Source of the DNA: an uncultured Candidatus Bathyarchaeia archaeon | Lineage (GTDB): Archaea; Thermoproteota; Bathyarchaeia; Bathyarchaeales; DTEX01 | Direction: 5' to 3' | NCBI GenBank assembly: GCA_964513245.1 | Contig: CAZELO010000009.1 | Location: forward strand, 15,249 to 79,248 | DNA: 64,000 nt | Part shown: positions 60,717 to 64,000 of the stretch, piece after piece | Numbering within the stretch: the stretch's first letter is position 1 | Layout: the number at the start of each line of letters is the position of its first letter | The notes under the pieces: model-generated | What the model was told of the DNA's origin: nothing | What the model saw: only the letters and a program-made list of their open reading frames with translations | The model's database searches: none | Position numbers and translations under genes: made by a program

Positions 60717-61535
60717 TTAGTACCAGCCTAGGGTGCCTTCTCGTTTGGATCTGGCTACTCCCCACTGAAAGATCTTGTAGCCGATTGGAAGCAGTATGAT
60801 GGCGAAGATGGAGCCTTTCGCGAACTCGATCAGCACGGTCGGGTCCAGCAGCGAAGGATTAGTCAGCATGGACAACCGGCAGAGATGGTAGACCCACGTC
60901 TGAGGAAGAAACCACGAGACCACCGAGACGCCGGGAAAGAAGATCGTGTCTAGGTACACGACGGGAAAGGAGACTCCTGCGAAGAGGTTCTGGAGTATGT
61001 CTATCGCCCACGTGATGGGGTCTGTGGATTTCGTCACGATCCTTAAGCCCGTGGAGATCATGGCTAGTCCCATCAGTATGGCGGCTGAGATCAGAAATGC
61101 CACGATTACGGCTAGAATGTTTGCGTTCAGTTTTGCGTTGAAGACGTAGATTCCGACGAGAAGGTATGGGATGAACGTTAGTGTCGAGAAGATGTATGTC
61201 CACATGATGTTGCCTATGACGAACACGGGGGTGCTTATGCCAGTCATCAAGATTGTCTCAAGCGTCCACGGGTTCAGCTGCCTCTCCACCCCCCGCACAA
61301 GAGGCATCACGAGGTTGCCTATTGCTATTCCCACCAGCAGAAAGGAGATGTAGTCGGTAGGACCATACATCTGCGTGACGGCTTTATTCACGTACGTGGC
61401 GCCCACTCCCCACGAGACCACACCTATGAAAATGTTGATGAACTGAGTGGTCGCCGCGGTCTTGTAGGTCGCCCAACTATGGAAATCCCGCTTCGTGAAG
61501 GCAACAATCTGCTTTAATTCCACAGGAATCTCCAT
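60717..61535 (-). CDS. ABC-2 type transporter permease
   Basis: Six TM helices; start set at internal Met to avoid overlap with the ATPase. Confidence 0.6.
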   Translation of the reverse strand: MEIPVELKQIVAFTKRDFHSWATYKTAATTQFINIFIGVVSWGVGATYVNKAVTQMYGPTDYISFLLVGIAIGNLVMPLVRGVERQLNPWTLETILMTGISTPVFVIGNIMWTYIFSTLTFIPYLLVGIYVFNAKLNANILAVIVAFLISAAILMGLAMISTGLRIVTKSTDPITWAIDILQNLFAGVSFPVVYLDTIFFPGVSVVSWFLPQTWVYHLCRLSMLTNPSLLDPTVLIEFAKGSIFAIILLPIGYKIFQWGVARSKREGTLGWY

Positions 61536-61539
61536 GTTT

Positions 61540-62652
61540 TTATGCCCCCCGTCCAAAATCCCTAGGCTCGCCCGGCTGTTCGCCACGGCGCCTCGTAATG
61601 GCCATGAACGCCTCCTCCAAAGTTGGTTCCTTCGTGTTTATCATTCTTATCCTTAGCCCCCTCTTCATGATAACGTCTAGAACGTCGCAGAGGTCCATGT
61701 TCTTGTCCACTCGGATTGATATCCCATGGAAATTTTCTTCAGGATCGATCTCCGGCGTAACGCCGTGGACACCATGCATCTCCTCCAATTCATTCATCAT
61801 CTTTGTATGCTCGCCGTTGAAGGTGGCGTCAATGAATGTCATGTTGAAAACTTTCTCCTCCAGCATCCTATACCGAATGTTGTCCGGCGTGTCGCATGCA
61901 GTTATCTTTCCGTGATCGAGGATGGCTATGCGGTCGCACATACCCTGCGCCTCGTAAAGATTGTGCGTGCTGAGAAAAATCGTCTTTCCCTGTTCCCGAG
62001 CCAGCCTGTCACGCAGTAGACTGCGAAATTCTGTTGCCGAGCCAGGGTCCAAGCCGACCGTCGGCTCATCGAAGAGCAGCGTAGGCGTATTCCGAAGCAG
62101 AGCCCTGCAGAGCAGCAGCTTCCGCTGCATTCCACTGGAGTAGCGTTGGTAACCGTCGTCCGCCCGTTCATCCAAGCCGGTGAACTTCAAGAGGAAGTCG
62201 ATCCTTTCCGTTGCCTCGTTTTCTTTCAAGCCGTAAAGCAATGCGTAAAATTCTAGGTTCTGCCTTCCCGTCAGCCTCCAGGTGAACCCTCTGCTTTCCG
62301 GCAGGACTGCTTGGAGGTTCTTGAGCACTTTGTCGGGTTCTTTCTTGACATCGAAGCCGTGGACGTATGCTTCGCCTTCGTCGTGGATGACCAACGTGCA
62401 AAGAATCTTGATCAACGTTGTCTTCCCTGCGCCGTTGGGACCCAACACGCCGAAGACCTCGCCTTTCTTGATCTTTAGGTCCACTCCCCGAAGCGCTTCT
62501 ATGAAAGGACCCTTCACGCCTTTAAGGACGCTGAGTATACTGCTGAAAGAGTCAATGCGCCCACCCCTGCGAAAAAAGAAATGTCCTCTCTCTCGTCTTG
62601 CGCTGGTTGGATACCGCTTAACAAGGCCCGTAGTCTCTATGGTATACTCCAT
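61540..62652 (-). CDS. ABC transporter ATP-binding protein
   Basis: GPNGAGKTT Walker A, YSSGMQRKLLL signature, LLFDEPTVGLD Walker B. Confidence 0.8.
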   Translation of the reverse strand: MEYTIETTGLVKRYPTSARRERGHFFFRRGGRIDSFSSILSVLKGVKGPFIEALRGVDLKIKKGEVFGVLGPNGAGKTTLIKILCTLVIHDEGEAYVHGFDVKKEPDKVLKNLQAVLPESRGFTWRLTGRQNLEFYALLYGLKENEATERIDFLLKFTGLDERADDGYQRYSSGMQRKLLLCRALLRNTPTLLFDEPTVGLDPGSATEFRSLLRDRLAREQGKTIFLSTHNLYEAQGMCDRIAILDHGKITACDTPDNIRYRMLEEKVFNMTFIDATFNGEHTKMMNELEEMHGVHGVTPEIDPEENFHGISIRVDKNMDLCDVLDVIMKRGLRIRMINTKEPTLEEAFMAITRRRGEQPGEPRDFGRGA

Positions 62653-62971
62653 TACCACCGCCAAGCCCATTCTCATAGCTGCAAACCACTCATATAAACA
62701 GTATCTCCTGCAACTTCGCGATTTCAAGATATTCTGGAGCCATCAATCATTCCTCAGATATGATTCTTCGCCAATCCTGTCAGTTCACCCAAAAATTCCT
62801 AGGAAGCTCAGGCTGCCCTTATCTAGCCGCCAGAAACTTGAGATAAAATTTTTCAGGTAGACGCCTTCTTTTTTTGGACGACTGGCTCAAGCCGGGCTCC
62901 GTTTGAGCCTCGGCATAGAGAAACCTGTGGGATTGTAAGTTTTCCAGACTCTTTTTCACTATGAAGTGTAC

Positions 62972-63655
62972 TTATGATGAAAGGTTCTGATTGTCGAGGT
63001 CTCGGTTTAGGTGAAGCTCGTAGACTGGGTCAGTGCCTCTTGAATAGGGCGCAAGCAACCTGAAAAACAGTATGAGCGTTGCCGCCGCAAGAGCTAGCAT
63101 CCACGAGAACAAAAAGGCAAGCACGATCACGGTGACGGAGAGAGCATCTCCAGCCATTTCTTTTCCATTCAGCTCTAGCCATTTCCTTCGACCCAGCGCT
63201 AGCCGTTTTCTTGTAAGCCAATCGCTAATTGACCAGAAATGCTTCGAGTACAGCACGAGGAAGCAGAGGTTAATGAGCAACAAAGCCCGATACATCTCGT
63301 TGTACGAGGGATCAGTTAGATCTATTTGCATGTCTAGACTTACGGATCCTGCCGGAGCCAGGATCACTACAGAGTATTCTCCTGCAGACGAGATAAAGAG
63401 AGAGCCTGGAGGACCTCCTCCTGGATTCTCACCCGGTAGGAAGTAGAATGGGCCCCACACAATTCCGCTTCTCTGCGGAGACCGAACGCGAGCTTCCTCG
63501 TAAGTCAGATTCACATCGGACCTGGCAATATATACATAGAATAGTGCTGAAAAATTGTAGAATTTATAAGAAAAAGACATCTTTGAGTCATTTTTCACAT
63601 AAAAGCTACGCCTCCACGTTCCTTCTACTGATGTGTTTTTTCTCGTCAATAACAT
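62972..63655 (-). CDS. hypothetical membrane protein
   Basis: Hydrophobic helices. Confidence 0.3.
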   Translation of the reverse strand: MLLTRKNTSVEGTWRRSFYVKNDSKMSFSYKFYNFSALFYVYIARSDVNLTYEEARVRSPQRSGIVWGPFYFLPGENPGGGPPGSLFISSAGEYSVVILAPAGSVSLDMQIDLTDPSYNEMYRALLLINLCFLVLYSKHFWSISDWLTRKRLALGRRKWLELNGKEMAGDALSVTVIVLAFLFSWMLALAAATLILFFRLLAPYSRGTDPVYELHLNRDLDNQNLSS

Positions 63656-63983
63656 TGTATGAAATGGGACAGTAAAGAATGTATGACGAAGCCAGAATTA
63701 GCATGGACGAGAGAATGATGAGTGGGAGGGAGGACCAGAGAGTACGCAGCTTGCTCTTCTTTCTCGGCCGGGTTTCCTCGGTCTCTTCGACGCCGTGCAT
63801 CAATGCGGTGGTTGCGTCTCCGAATGTTGAAAGCGAATACTTCCCGTATCCTGTCTGGTTGAGGAGCTCCTGCATAGCTTGCAGGTGATAGCTGAGATGC
63901 GCGTTGCTTATCTTCAGCGTATTCTGTATCTCCGTGAAGAGCATAGGCTTCTCTGACAGCATACGCAGAATCCTACGTCTCAC
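63606..63983 (-). CDS. ArsR-like HTH protein with C-terminal TM helix
   Basis: RRRILRMLSEKPMLFTEIQNTLKISNAHLSYHLQ HTH; hydrophobic C-terminus. Confidence 0.4.
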   Translation of the reverse strand: MRRRILRMLSEKPMLFTEIQNTLKISNAHLSYHLQAMQELLNQTGYGKYSLSTFGDATTALMHGVEETEETRPRKKSKLRTLWSSLPLIILSSMLILASSYILYCPISYNVIDEKKHISRRNVEA

Positions 63984-64000
63984 AGGATGTTTGAGAGCCG

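Noticed and set aside
1-64000. CRISPR arrays, rRNA genes, integrases
   Set aside because: No regularly spaced repeats with unique spacers, no rRNA-like conserved blocks, and no tyrosine or serine recombinase motifs seen on either strand.

Overview
This looks like an archaeal chromosomal segment of roughly 50% GC. The supporting evidence is Orc1/Cdc6, RadA, archaeal-type GlyRS, Elp3, KEOPS Cgi121, a split GcvP, a tRNA with a TCCAAAT T-loop, and TTTAAATA-type promoters immediately upstream of leaderless genes.

The core content is housekeeping genes: pyrF, guaA PP-ATPase subunit, acylphosphatase, RtcA, HtpX, Cgi121, RNase HII, pyrI, rpe plus an FGGY kinase, Elp3, GlyRS, Sua5, RadA, Orc1/Cdc6, gcvPA/gcvPB, ATP-dependent DNA ligase, Lrp, flotillin and tRNA-Ile(GAT).

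There is a metal-homeostasis set: a NikR-like regulator next to an HMA-less P1B ATPase, an ArsR with a CVC motif, and a SERCA-like Ca-ATPase. A carbohydrate-type cluster holds ThuA, three URO-D-family paralogs, two putative glycoside hydrolases and an alpha/beta hydrolase.

Several AT-rich patches look acquired. The most striking is a 3.05-kb IS6-family element at 9076-12128, bounded by perfect 54-bp terminal inverted repeats. It carries cargo: a TA-like DUF2283 pair, an AbrB-like protein, and a proteasome/HslV/Anbu-like Ntn hydrolase.

Other candidates for undescribed biology:
- A tandem array of paralogs that share a ~55-aa N-terminal module fused to different enzyme bodies (tandem GNAT, a putative nucleotidyltransferase, and a truncated copy), downstream of a wHTH regulator.
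- A 70-76-bp tandem repeat with embedded perfect palindromes at 34.5 kb.
- A PD-(D/E)xK nuclease-like island at 15.9-17.1 kb.

An asd-family gene is broken by two frameshifts at homopolymer runs, and a small zinc-ribbon gene is split at a C5 run. These are either pseudogenes or homopolymer indel errors in the assembly. No CRISPR array or rRNA was seen.
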